Positions 17,725-27,013 of a stretch of 64,000 bases of DNA are shown in pieces. Source of the DNA: Chitinophagaceae bacterium (GTDB lineage Bacteria > Bacteroidota > Bacteroidia > Chitinophagales > Chitinophagaceae); NCBI GenBank assembly GCA_024643655.1, contig JAHEMM010000004.1, positions 20,095-84,094 on the forward strand, given 5' to 3'. Made by a program: the position numbers and the translations under genes. Numbering within the stretch: position 1 is the first letter of the stretch; every line of letters begins with the position of its first letter. Below the pieces are notes generated by a model. The model was not told the DNA's origin. It did not search any database and saw only the letters and a program-made list of their open reading frames with translations.

Positions 17725-18153
17725 ATGACAAATTCTAGTGTTTTTCAATTATTTGTATATGGCTCTCTTCGCAGTGGTTTTCATAGTCCTGTGTATGAGT
17801 ATATCAGCCGTTTTTTTAAATTTATTGGCGAGGCCAAAGTGCAGGGAAAGTTAGTTGATATGGGTAGTTATCCTGCTGGCATTCCTTCTAGTGATGAAAG
17901 TTATATTATCGGTGAATTATACCAGGCCAAAAATGAACATGAATTTTCCTGGGCAATTGGTCAATTAGATGATTACGAAGGAGTGGCTGTAGAAGCAGAT
18001 GAAGTACAATTATATCGCCGGGAAGTAACATCTGTAATTTTCAATAATCAAGTATCAAATGCCTGGATATACTGGTATAATGGTGATGTGGCTGGTAAAA
18101 AAGAAATTCCTTCAGGCGATATGCTTGATTATTTAAATTCGAAAAAAAGTTAG
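17725..18153 (+). CDS. gamma-glutamylcyclotransferase (AIG2/GGACT-like) family protein
   Basis: 142 aa with N-terminal FVYGSLR and a downstream GELY..LD.YEG pattern typical of GGCT-like proteins. Confidence 0.7.
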   Translation: MTNSSVFQLFVYGSLRSGFHSPVYEYISRFFKFIGEAKVQGKLVDMGSYPAGIPSSDESYIIGELYQAKNEHEFSWAIGQLDDYEGVAVEADEVQLYRREVTSVIFNNQVSNAWIYWYNGDVAGKKEIPSGDMLDYLNSKKS

Positions 18154-18212
18154 TTGGGATTCCTGATCCCTTTACAATTAATTCATCATTATTGAACGTT
18201 GCTGAAAATACA

Positions 18213-18986
18213 ATGATCACTAAAAATATTTATTTTCTTTCCGACTTTCATCTTGGTGCTCCCAATCATGCCAGTAGCTTGGAAAGAGAAAAATTATTGG
18301 TTCAGTTTCTTACAACAATAAAAGATAAAGCATCGGAAATTTTTTTGGTTGGCGACATGTTCGACTTCTGGTATGAGTATAAAAAAGTAGTTCCAAAAGG
18401 GTATACAAGATTATTGGGTAAGCTGGCAGAACTTAGTGATGCTGGTATTCGGTTACATTTTTTTGTAGGTAATCATGATATGTGGATGCGGGATTACTTT
18501 CAGAAAGAGTTAAACATCCCGGTTTATTTTGAGCCAAAAGAATTTGAACGCAATGGAAAAATATTCCTGATAGGTCATGGAGATGGTTTAGGTCCTGGAG
18601 ATCATGGATATAAACGATTAAAAAAGGTTTTCAGAAATCCTGTGAGTAAGTGGTTGTTTGGCATATTCCCGCCTATCCTTGGCATGGGTCTTGCCAATTA
18701 TATGAGCCGCAGAAGCAGAGCACAAACAGGTATTGAAGAAGAAGTGTTTTTGGGAGAAGAAAAAGAGTGGCTCATGATTTATTGCAAAGAGATATTGCAG
18801 AAAAAAAACGTTGATTTTTTTGTGTTTGGGCATAGACACTTGCCCATTGATTATCGTCTAAACGATACAAGTAGATATATAAACCTTGGTGATTGGATAC
18901 GCTACTTTACCTATGCGGCGTTTGATGGTGAAGAATTAGCTTTAAAATCATACATGGGAATGGATGAAAAAATTATTCGAAACTGA
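18213..18986 (+). CDS. lpxH: UDP-2,3-diacylglucosamine diphosphatase
   Basis: Calcineurin-like metallophosphoesterase motifs SDFHLG, GDMFD, GNHD, GHGD and GHRH. I prefer the ATG at 18213 over the track's TTG at 18192. Confidence 0.85.
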   Translation: MITKNIYFLSDFHLGAPNHASSLEREKLLVQFLTTIKDKASEIFLVGDMFDFWYEYKKVVPKGYTRLLGKLAELSDAGIRLHFFVGNHDMWMRDYFQKELNIPVYFEPKEFERNGKIFLIGHGDGLGPGDHGYKRLKKVFRNPVSKWLFGIFPPILGMGLANYMSRRSRAQTGIEEEVFLGEEKEWLMIYCKEILQKKNVDFFVFGHRHLPIDYRLNDTSRYINLGDWIRYFTYAAFDGEELALKSYMGMDEKIIRN

Positions 18987-19795
18987 TGAAATACTTTTAT
19001 TTTATACTAATATTTTTATTCATTTCAAACGCTGGCAATTCACAAACAGATACTTCGTTTCAGTTGCTAAGAGTTTTGAAAGGTGATATTGTAGATTTTA
19101 CAGTGGATAATCTGGATAATATTTATGTGCTCAATAGCAGAAATCAAATAAGAAAGTATAATGCTAATGGTGATTCGGTTGCTATTTTTAATAATGTAAA
19201 AAAGTTCGGAAAAGCTACATTAGTGGATGTTTCCAATCCATTGAAAGCTGTTATATATTACCGTGATTTCGCAACAGTAGTTATGCTGGATAGGTTTTTA
19301 AATGTGGTCAATACAATTGATTTACGTAAGCAAAATATTTTCCAGGCAAAAGCCATTGCTCAGTCCTATGATAATAAAATTTGGGTGTATGACGAATTGG
19401 AAAGTAAATTAAAAAAGATGGATGAAGATGGCAAACTGTTACAGGAAACTCCTGATTTCAGAATGCTTTTTAATTATGCGATTAACCCTATAAAAATATT
19501 CGATGAGAATAAATATGTTTATATCTACGACCCTGCTAACGGTGTAAATGTGTTTGATTACTATGGTGCGTTGAAAAATAATATTATCATCACAGGCTGG
19601 AAAAATTTCAAAGTAACGGGGAAGTATATTTTTGGTTCTAAAGCAGACACATTATACCGGTACGATATTTCAAATTTTATGTATGATGAATGGACAATGC
19701 CGCCACAAATAGTAAATGCAAAAGTGTTCAACTTTACTTCTTCCCGTCTGTATGCATTAAAAAATGATAGTATAGAAGTGTACAGTATTCTTTAG
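18986..19795 (+). CDS. hypothetical secreted protein (possible beta-propeller repeats)
   Basis: 269 aa with a signal peptide (MKYFYFILIFLFISNAGNSQ). Its ATG shares one base with the lpxH TGA. Confidence 0.6.
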   Translation: MKYFYFILIFLFISNAGNSQTDTSFQLLRVLKGDIVDFTVDNLDNIYVLNSRNQIRKYNANGDSVAIFNNVKKFGKATLVDVSNPLKAVIYYRDFATVVMLDRFLNVVNTIDLRKQNIFQAKAIAQSYDNKIWVYDELESKLKKMDEDGKLLQETPDFRMLFNYAINPIKIFDENKYVYIYDPANGVNVFDYYGALKNNIIITGWKNFKVTGKYIFGSKADTLYRYDISNFMYDEWTMPPQIVNAKVFNFTSSRLYALKNDSIEVYSIL

Positions 19796-19809
19796 CTTGA
19801 AGTACTATA

Positions 19810-20349
19810 CTATTTGTTTAGTATTTCACCCAACTCTTTATCAAACAAACCATATTTCCCATATTCTATTACTCTGCCGATCTCTTTGCCTTTTTTCATT
19901 ACAATAATAGTTGGCACATTGGTAATATTAAGTGCCTCTGTCAAATGGCTGATTGTTTTCTTACTTCTATCAACACCAATTAGTGTTACTTTTTCTTTCG
20001 AAAAACCAGCGGCATCTAACAAATTGTAAAATTTAGGGATAACTGAATGTGAGTCCTCACACCAGGTGCCCATAAAGGCAATAATTTGAATAGAATCAGC
20101 ATTCTTTTTTAAACCGGCTATTGCTTCTGTATTTGGTGTATAGCCATTTAGGTTGCTTGCATACCATTTAAAAGTGGTGTCGCTTAATAACACTTCTTGT
20201 GATATAATCCCTTTATACGATTTTTCGTTCGACCCTTCAGTCAACACCTCGTACTGTACTCCCTTTGTAGTCTGGGCATTGGCTGACAGCGTAAATAAAA
20301 AACTAATGGATCCGAGAAATAGTGTTATAGCTATCGTTGTTTTCTTCAT
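19810..20349 (-). CDS. thioredoxin-fold protein with CxxS motif
   Basis: 179 aa with a signal peptide and a thioredoxin-like core carrying WCEDS in place of WCxxC. Confidence 0.7.
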   Translation of the reverse strand: MKKTTIAITLFLGSISFLFTLSANAQTTKGVQYEVLTEGSNEKSYKGIISQEVLLSDTTFKWYASNLNGYTPNTEAIAGLKKNADSIQIIAFMGTWCEDSHSVIPKFYNLLDAAGFSKEKVTLIGVDRSKKTISHLTEALNITNVPTIIVMKKGKEIGRVIEYGKYGLFDKELGEILNK

Positions 20350-20432
20350 AATGTTCAGATATAATAGTCAAAAATAGTCGGGTGAAGCCAAATGATGAAA
20401 GGAGTAGTGTTAAAGTTGCAAAATCGGAGAAT

Positions 20433-20987
20433 TTAAAGACTCGCTTTTAGTTGTAGAAAAAAACCTTTTATTTTTTCCAGTGACTGAATCATGGCGAATT
20501 TTTCATCAGCTGTTTTATTATTCTTTAAGAAATCTTTTGCACCTTCTATTGTAAATTTTCTTCGGCGAAGTAAATCGTAGATCATTTCAAGATTCTTAAC
20601 ATCAACAGGTCGGAAAAAGCGATCACCTTTTTTATTCTTTTTTGGTTTTAATATGTCAAATTCAGTTTCCCAATACCGTATCAATGATTGTTTTTCTCGG
20701 AACATTGCGGCAACATCACCGATTGAGTAGTATTGTTTTTGAAAAAGAATATCATCATCAGGGATTAACAACAGATCAGCACTTAAAGCAATTTCTTTTA
20801 AGGATTTGCGGCCTCTTTTACCAGTTACAATAACCGGAAGATGTTCTTTTTTGCTATCAGTACTCGTAGTTGATGATTTTGAAAGGATAGCTTTTTCATC
20901 ATCAGCAGATGGTAAAACTTTTTCTATTTCCGCAGCCTCTTCTACCGGGGCAAAATCAAATGTTATTTGCGATAATACTTTTCCCAT
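20433..20987 (-). CDS. MerR family transcriptional regulator
   Basis: 184 aa. The MerR-type HTH YYSIGDVAAMFREKQSLIRYWE..F is preceded by about 85 low-complexity residues. Confidence 0.75.
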   Translation of the reverse strand: MGKVLSQITFDFAPVEEAAEIEKVLPSADDEKAILSKSSTTSTDSKKEHLPVIVTGKRGRKSLKEIALSADLLLIPDDDILFQKQYYSIGDVAAMFREKQSLIRYWETEFDILKPKKNKKGDRFFRPVDVKNLEMIYDLLRRRKFTIEGAKDFLKNNKTADEKFAMIQSLEKIKGFFLQLKASL

Positions 20988-21108
20988 TCATTGTAAAGAT
21001 ACAACCCCTTTATTAGCTATAAGCAATGATACAATAGTGTGGAAAAAAAGAATAACAATTTAAAAATCAATTCTTTTGAAAATTTTTCTAGCGATTAAAA
21101 GCTATAGT

Positions 21109-22080
21109 TTAATCCAGACTTTGATTAGATGCGGCAGCTTTTTTCAACAATAAATCAAATTGTTCCGGCGTAAGATCATTAAAGAAAAAGTAGATGGGAT
21201 TTATTTTTTGATCATATTTGTGTACCTCATAATGGCAATGTGGCCCAGTTGATTTACCGGTGCTACCCACCCATCCAATTACTTCCCCCCTTTTAATTGT
21301 TTGTCCGTTGCTAACTTTCACTCTTACCATATGTCCATATAAAGTTTCATATCCATATCCGTGCTTAATGATCACATGGTTACCATAGCCATTACCGGTA
21401 TTTCCGGAAGTAGTAATGGTACCGTCCGCTGTTGCATATATGGGTGTGCCTTGGGGTGCCGAAAAGTCCAGACCTGCATGAAATTTGGTTGTTTTATAAA
21501 CCGGATCGATACGATAACCATAACCAGAAGCTACTCTGTTAAGATCTTTATTACTTACTGGCTGAATAGCTGGAGTATGTGCCAAAAGTTTTTCTTTGTC
21601 TTTAACTAAATCATCTACCTCTTTATACGATTTTTTTTGAGCCGCAATCCGGCTATTCAGGTTATTTAATGTATTAGCGATTGAACTTACAAGTTGATGG
21701 TCTTTTATTCGTTCTACTTTAGCTACTTCTAATTTTTCTTCCAATTCCTTTGCTCTTGCGCTGTCTGGAACCGGATTGGCTTCAAAAATGGCTCTGTACA
21801 CATCATTGTCTCTTTTCTCCAACTCTTTCATTTGTTTTTCAATAGACTGCAATTCTTCTTCCATTGCTTTATAATTCTCTTTCATTGCACTGTTTTGCTG
21901 TGCCAGAATTCTTTCCCTGGGCGACCCAACAAATCGAAATGCTACATATGAAATAAGTACTGCCGTAACAAATGCTGCTGCCAGAAATCCAAAAATCCGC
22001 AACAATTTAATCCGTAGCGGTGTTTCCAGCTTCTCGTATCGAAGCGTATTGGTATTATAATAGTATTTTATTTTCTTCAT
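21109..22080 (-). CDS. M23 family metallopeptidase (EnvC-like: TM + coiled coil + LytM)
   Basis: 323 aa with an N-terminal TM segment, a coiled-coil stretch, and M23 motifs HAGLDF, DGTI and GPHCHYEV. Confidence 0.85.
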   Translation of the reverse strand: MKKIKYYYNTNTLRYEKLETPLRIKLLRIFGFLAAAFVTAVLISYVAFRFVGSPRERILAQQNSAMKENYKAMEEELQSIEKQMKELEKRDNDVYRAIFEANPVPDSARAKELEEKLEVAKVERIKDHQLVSSIANTLNNLNSRIAAQKKSYKEVDDLVKDKEKLLAHTPAIQPVSNKDLNRVASGYGYRIDPVYKTTKFHAGLDFSAPQGTPIYATADGTITTSGNTGNGYGNHVIIKHGYGYETLYGHMVRVKVSNGQTIKRGEVIGWVGSTGKSTGPHCHYEVHKYDQKINPIYFFFNDLTPEQFDLLLKKAAASNQSLD

Positions 22081-22366
22081 TGAGGTAAGCCTAAACCAAT
22101 TCTGATAAATTGCAAGCCAAATAATTTACCTTTGCTCCCTTTGCAGGGCAGACAAATATAACCTGTAAAACCGCAAAAATCAACCCATTTTGATTGGTTA
22201 TCAGACCAAAAATGACAAAAATACTTATGTTACGAGCTTTTGTACTACTATCATCGTCCCTTGCGTCGCACACTTCGACTGTATTATCAAAGATCGACAA
22301 CAGCAAATTAGTACGATTGACTATTGACAATTCACAATTCAATACTAACTTTTTACTACTCTCTTT

Positions 22367-24982
22367 ATGATGACCAGCACAGAAATACGTCAGGCTTTTA
22401 TGGATTTTTTTTATTCCAAAGGCCATACTATAGTTCCTTCAGCACCTATTGTTGTAAAAGATGATCCTACTTTGATGTTTACCAATGCAGGTATGAATCA
22501 ATTCAAAGACTATTTTTTAGGAAATAAATTACCTCCGTATGGTCGTATTGCTGATACTCAAAAATGTTTACGTGTAAGCGGTAAGCACAATGATCTGGAA
22601 GAAGTAGGAGTGGATACTTATCATCATACAATGTTTGAAATGTTGGGGAACTGGAGTTTTGGTGATTATTTTAAAAACGAGGCCATTGCCTGGAGCTGGG
22701 AATTATTAACTGACGTTTATAACATACCAAAAGACAGATTATATGCCACTGTTTTTGAGGGTGATCAAAAAGAAAATATTCCGTCATCAACTATAGCGTT
22801 AAAAAAATGGAAAGAGTTTTTATCCGATGATCATATTGTTTTTGGAAACAAGAAAGATAATTTTTGGGAAATGGGGGATACAGGTCCATGTGGTCCTTGC
22901 AGTGAGATACATGTAGATTGCAGATCGGATGAAGAAAGAAAGCAAAAACCAGGTCATTTGCTGGTTAACAAGGATCATCCACAGGTAATTGAAATATGGA
23001 ATAATGTCTTTATTCAATATAACAGGAAAAAAGACGGAAGCCTTGAACCATTATCATCTACACATGTCGATACAGGGATGGGTTTGGAAAGGTTGGTAAG
23101 AGTATTGCAAGGAAAACAAAGCAATTACGATACAGATTTATTTACTGGAACCATTGAAGCGGCAGAGAAAATTACGAAACATAAATATGATAGCAGCGAT
23201 AGCAAAGAAGCAATTGCTTTTCGGGTAATTGCGGATCATATCCGAGCAATTAGTTTCACGATAGCTGATGGTCAGCTCCCATCTAATACGGGTGCAGGTT
23301 ATGTTATACGACGTATTTTACGCCGCGCCGTAAGGTATTATTATTCTTATCTTGATTATAAACAGCCATTATTGAATCAGTTAGTGCCTGTTCTTGCAAA
23401 GCAATTTGAAAACGTTTTCCCTGAATTGCAAAAGCAACTTGATTTTGTTACCAAAGTAATTAAAGAAGAAGAAGATTCTTTTTTGAGAACGTTGGATAAA
23501 GGATTAAAACGAATTGATGATATTATTGGAAATGCAACTAACAATAGTATTACGGGAAAAGATGCTTTTGAATTATATGATACTTTTGGATTCCCGCTCG
23601 ATTTAACGAAATTAATTGCTTCAGAAAATAATTTAATGGTCGATGAAAAAGGTTTTGAGGCAGAGATGCAACAACAAAAAGATCGTAGCCGTGCTGCTAC
23701 TACTGTTGATGCGGAAGATTGGACCGTTTTAAAAGAAGGTACGAACAAGTTTGTAGGATATGACGCATTGGAAGCGAATGCATCTGTACTAAAATATAGA
23801 AAAGTAAAAGCCAAAGGCAAATCGTTATTTCAGATCGTACTTGATACAACACCTTTCTATGCAGAAAGTGGCGGACAAGTTGGCGATAGAGGACAATTAT
23901 TAATTAATAAGCAAGAAATAATAATAACTGATACTAAAAAGGATAATGATCTTATAATTCATTTTGCTGAAGATATTCCGGATGACCTCTTAGGCGAAGT
24001 GATTGCAAAAGTGGATCCATCAAAAAGAAAGAATACAGCATTGCATCACTCTGCTACTCACTTATTACATGCAGCTTTAAGAAATGTTTTAGGAACTCAT
24101 GTGGCTCAAAAAGGTTCGTTGGTTAATGAAGAACACCTTCGGTTCGATTTTTCGCATTTTGCCAAAGTAACTGATGAGGAAATTGCAAAAGTAGAAGCAC
24201 TTGTTAATGAAAAAATAAGGGCAAATATTCCGGTAGTAATAAAGTCTATGTCTAAAGATGAAGCAACTAAAATAGGAGCAATGGCTTTGTTTGGAGAAAA
24301 ATATGGCGATGTGGTAAGAGTTGTCATTATCGATCCAAGCTATTCAGTAGAGCTTTGTGGTGGTACACATGTAGGTGCAACTGGCGAATTAGGGTTATTT
24401 AAATTAACCAATGAGTCTGCAGTTGCTGCTGGGGTAAGAAGAGTAGAAGCTGTTTGTGGAAAGCGGGCAGAGGATTATGTAAATGGGCAATTCAGTGTAT
24501 TAGAATTGTTGAAAGAAGCATTAAAAAATCCAAAGGATATTCAGAAAGCCGTAGAAGGGTTACAAACTGAAAATGCAGATTTGAAAAAGCATCTTGAATC
24601 AATGGAAGCCCGCCAACTTGTTGGCATACGCAATGATTTAATGCAAAAAGATGAGATAATAAATGGAGTTAATTTCGTTGGAGATATTGTTGAGGTTAGT
24701 AATCCTGATGCTTTAAAAAAACTATGTTTCGATCTGAAAAATCATTTACGGGATCATGTCGCAGTTCTATGTGTAAACATAAATGGAAAGCCCTTCGTCG
24801 CTGTTGGTATTTCTGAAACAGTTACTGTTGCAAAAAGCCTGGATGCAAATAAAATAATAAAAGAACAGATTGCTCCACTTATAAAAGGTGGCGGCGGCGG
24901 CCAAAAAACATTGGCAACTGCAGGCGGACAAGATATTAGCCAATTAGAAAAAGTAATTGAAGTTGTGAAAGGATTATTATAA
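22367..24982 (+). CDS. alaS: alanine--tRNA ligase
   Basis: 871 aa with class II AlaRS motifs (FTNAGMNQFK, HHTMFEMLGNWSFGDYF), the editing-domain HxxxH/CxxxH (HSATHLLH, CGGTH) and a C-terminal GGGGGQ DHHA1-like tail. Confidence 0.97.
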   Translation: MMTSTEIRQAFMDFFYSKGHTIVPSAPIVVKDDPTLMFTNAGMNQFKDYFLGNKLPPYGRIADTQKCLRVSGKHNDLEEVGVDTYHHTMFEMLGNWSFGDYFKNEAIAWSWELLTDVYNIPKDRLYATVFEGDQKENIPSSTIALKKWKEFLSDDHIVFGNKKDNFWEMGDTGPCGPCSEIHVDCRSDEERKQKPGHLLVNKDHPQVIEIWNNVFIQYNRKKDGSLEPLSSTHVDTGMGLERLVRVLQGKQSNYDTDLFTGTIEAAEKITKHKYDSSDSKEAIAFRVIADHIRAISFTIADGQLPSNTGAGYVIRRILRRAVRYYYSYLDYKQPLLNQLVPVLAKQFENVFPELQKQLDFVTKVIKEEEDSFLRTLDKGLKRIDDIIGNATNNSITGKDAFELYDTFGFPLDLTKLIASENNLMVDEKGFEAEMQQQKDRSRAATTVDAEDWTVLKEGTNKFVGYDALEANASVLKYRKVKAKGKSLFQIVLDTTPFYAESGGQVGDRGQLLINKQEIIITDTKKDNDLIIHFAEDIPDDLLGEVIAKVDPSKRKNTALHHSATHLLHAALRNVLGTHVAQKGSLVNEEHLRFDFSHFAKVTDEEIAKVEALVNEKIRANIPVVIKSMSKDEATKIGAMALFGEKYGDVVRVVIIDPSYSVELCGGTHVGATGELGLFKLTNESAVAAGVRRVEAVCGKRAEDYVNGQFSVLELLKEALKNPKDIQKAVEGLQTENADLKKHLESMEARQLVGIRNDLMQKDEIINGVNFVGDIVEVSNPDALKKLCFDLKNHLRDHVAVLCVNINGKPFVAVGISETVTVAKSLDANKIIKEQIAPLIKGGGGGQKTLATAGGQDISQLEKVIEVVKGLL

Positions 24983-24995
24983 AGGTTTAGATATC

Positions 24996-25130
24996 TTATT
25001 GGGCATTATCTTCTTTGAAAGGATAGCCTTCTTCCTGCATTGCTTTTTTATCCTTTCTATATACTTTGATAGTATATATTAATATGCTAATACAGAGAAT
25101 TGTAACAAGGCCAAATGCAACGAAATTCAT
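24996..25130 (-). CDS. possible 44-aa single-TM protein (below ORF-track cutoff)
   Basis: Hand translation gives MNFVAFGLVTILCISILIYTIKVYRKDKKAMQEEGYPFKEDNAQ*. It has an ATG start, one hydrophobic helix followed by a charged tail, and converges on alaS. Confidence 0.35.
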   Translation of the reverse strand: MNFVAFGLVTILCISILIYTIKVYRKDKKAMQEEGYPFKEDNAQ

Positions 25131-25153
25131 GATTTTTAAAAGTTAAATAATTA

Positions 25154-25186
25154 GCATTAAAAATCGGGGTTTCTGATTTTTAATGC
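25154..25186. repeat. perfect 12-bp inverted repeat with 9-nt spacer
   Basis: gcattaaaaatc (25154-25165) and gatttttaatgc (25175-25186). It lies between the small minus-strand ORF and the GNAT gene start. Confidence 0.5.
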
Positions 25187-25228
25187 AATACCCTTTTCCT
25201 ATTAGTAAAAATACTTGAAACTAAAGCC

Positions 25229-25747
25229 ATGAATATAATAATTCATACAGAAAGACTCATTCTTAGAAAATTTACAGAGAAAGATGCTCAGTTAATATTT
25301 GACTTAAATAAAGACGCTGATGTGATAAAGTATACAATGGATCCTATTAGCGATATTGAACTGGCGAAAAAGGTACTGGTGGAAGTTATATTACCTCAAT
25401 ATGCATTATACAATCATGGTCGTTGGGCTGTTCATTTAAAAAGTGATTTGTCATTTATTGGTTGGTGTGGATTAAAAGCAAGACCAGAACGAAATGAAAT
25501 TGATCTTGGCTATAGGTTTGTAAAAAATGCATGGGGAAATGGTTATGCTACTGAAGCAGCTTTTGCAAGTCTTAATTATGGATTTAAAGAATTGAATCTA
25601 TCACGAATAATTGGCAGGGCGATGCCTGAAAATATTGCTTCAATAAAAGTTTTAGAAAAATGTGGGATGCATTATATCTGCGACGAAATAGTTGATAATC
25701 ACCCAGCTAGGACTTTTGAAGCTATTAATCCAAAGAATTACAAATAG
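25229..25747 (+). CDS. GNAT family N-acetyltransferase (RimJ/RimL-like)
   Basis: 172 aa with TERLILRKFTEKD at the N-terminus and WGNGYATEA in the acetyl-CoA binding region. Confidence 0.85.
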   Translation: MNIIIHTERLILRKFTEKDAQLIFDLNKDADVIKYTMDPISDIELAKKVLVEVILPQYALYNHGRWAVHLKSDLSFIGWCGLKARPERNEIDLGYRFVKNAWGNGYATEAAFASLNYGFKELNLSRIIGRAMPENIASIKVLEKCGMHYICDEIVDNHPARTFEAINPKNYK

Positions 25748-25811
25748 TCAGGTTATTGGAAGCTTATGTATTTAACATTTCCGAAACATTTCGTATTTCA
25801 AAAAATGTCAT

Positions 25812-25819
25812 TATATTTG
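25812..25819 (+). promoter_or_regulatory. candidate -7 promoter element TATATTTG
   Basis: Matches TAnnTTTG 40 nt upstream of the PDZ-protein ATG. No clear -33 TTG at the canonical spacing. Confidence 0.3.
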
Positions 25820-25859
25820 TCTACGAAACTTGACGTAGATAAAATTAAATTAGAAGAAT

Positions 25860-26903
25860 ATGCTAAAGACAATCTCAAAAATCAATATGCTCGTTGTAGT
25901 AATTGGATTACTAATACCAGCTATGTTGGTAGCTCAAAAAGAAGATAAGAAGAAAGAAAAAAATGAAGTTCGACAGATCATTGTAACCAGCAAAGATGAT
26001 GGAGGAGAGAAAATGGTAATAGAGGTAGTAGGTGATAAAGTTACTATCAATGGAAAACCAGTCGATGATTACAAAGATGGCGATGTAAAAGTAAAAGTGA
26101 ATAAATTAAAGGACATCGAGTCTTTATATTTTAAAGGAATGCCAGGTACAGGTGTTTTTGAATTTGATACAAAAGGAAGTAATAGTGCAAGAGGAATGCG
26201 CCTTTTTAGTGAAGATGAGAATAGAGCTATGCTTGGCGTTACAACAAATAAGACAGAAAAAGGAGTTGAGATCCAGAGTGTAACAAAAGAAAGCGCAGCA
26301 GAAAAGGCTGGTTTGAAAGAAAATGATATCATCATCAAAATAAATGACACTAAAATAGAAGAGCCGGATGATCTTTCTGCAGCCATAAAAAAAATGAAGC
26401 CAGGTGATAAAGTCACTGTTACGTATATAAGGGATAAGAAGGAGCAAATGGCTAAAGCCGAATTAACCAAATGGCAAGGTGTAAATATGTGGTCAGTTGG
26501 AGAAGGCAAAAATTACAATTTTAATTTCGACAATTTGAATATGGATAAAATAATGCCTGATATGAATAGAGTGAGAGGCTTACGTTCAGATGCGCTAGGT
26601 CAATACATGATTTGGTCAGGTGGAAATCCAAAACTAGGACTATCAGTTCAGGATACGGATGATGGTAAAGGAGTAAACGTAATTGAAGTTGAAGAAGAAA
26701 GTAATGCTGCAAAAGCAGGTATAAAGGAAAAGGATGTGATTAATGAAGTAGATGGTAAAGCCGTCAATAGTACTGATGATATAGTAAAAATCATTAAAGA
26801 AAGCAAGAATAAGAATTCTGTAATAGTAAAATTGAATAGAGGAGGTAAAACAATGAGTATAGATGTAAAAATCCCAAAAAAATTAAAGAAAGCTGATTTA
26901 TAA
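25860..26903 (+). CDS. secreted protein with two PDZ domains
   Basis: 347 aa with a signal peptide and two PDZ-like segments (GVEIQSVTKESAAEKAGLKENDIII, GVNVIEVEEESNAAKAGIKEKDVI). No protease domain. Confidence 0.8.
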   Translation: MLKTISKINMLVVVIGLLIPAMLVAQKEDKKKEKNEVRQIIVTSKDDGGEKMVIEVVGDKVTINGKPVDDYKDGDVKVKVNKLKDIESLYFKGMPGTGVFEFDTKGSNSARGMRLFSEDENRAMLGVTTNKTEKGVEIQSVTKESAAEKAGLKENDIIIKINDTKIEEPDDLSAAIKKMKPGDKVTVTYIRDKKEQMAKAELTKWQGVNMWSVGEGKNYNFNFDNLNMDKIMPDMNRVRGLRSDALGQYMIWSGGNPKLGLSVQDTDDGKGVNVIEVEEESNAAKAGIKEKDVINEVDGKAVNSTDDIVKIIKESKNKNSVIVKLNRGGKTMSIDVKIPKKLKKADL

Positions 26904-26922
26904 CAAAATTCATTAAATAATT

Positions 26923-26953
26923 AAACCGGATTTAGTACTAAATCCGGTTTTTT
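26923..26953 (+). terminator. rho-independent terminator after the PDZ-protein gene
   Basis: aaaccggattt / aaatccggttt form an 11-bp perfect stem with loop agtact, followed by a T-run. It lies 20 nt after the stop. Confidence 0.85.
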
Positions 26954-26992
26954 GTTTTTGAAAACTATCGCTGTCGTTAAAGCTTTGAAACG

Positions 26993-27000
26993 TATTTTTG
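26993..27000 (+). promoter_or_regulatory. candidate -7 promoter element TATTTTTG for gatB
   Basis: Matches TAnnTTTG 13 nt upstream of the gatB ATG and just after the preceding terminator. Confidence 0.35.
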
Positions 27001-27013
27001 CAACCTTGTAAAT

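Noticed and set aside
22091-22426. 111-aa minus-strand ORF spanning the alaS upstream region and the alaS start.
   Set aside because: It overlaps the alaS start by 60 nt and has no motif, no signal and odd composition, so it is likely spurious.
25766-25948. 60-aa plus-strand ORF overlapping the PDZ-protein start.
   Set aside because: It is out of frame with, and overlaps, a better-supported signal-peptide start at 25860. It also covers the candidate promoter.
26069-26509. 146-aa and 107-aa minus-strand ORFs inside the PDZ-protein gene. Similar antisense or off-frame ORFs occur within purH, comEC, carB, alaS, gatB, SulP, acs and the anti-sigma gene.
   Set aside because: All are embedded in confidently called genes and have low-complexity or featureless translations. 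Open antisense frames are expected in AT-rich coding DNA.
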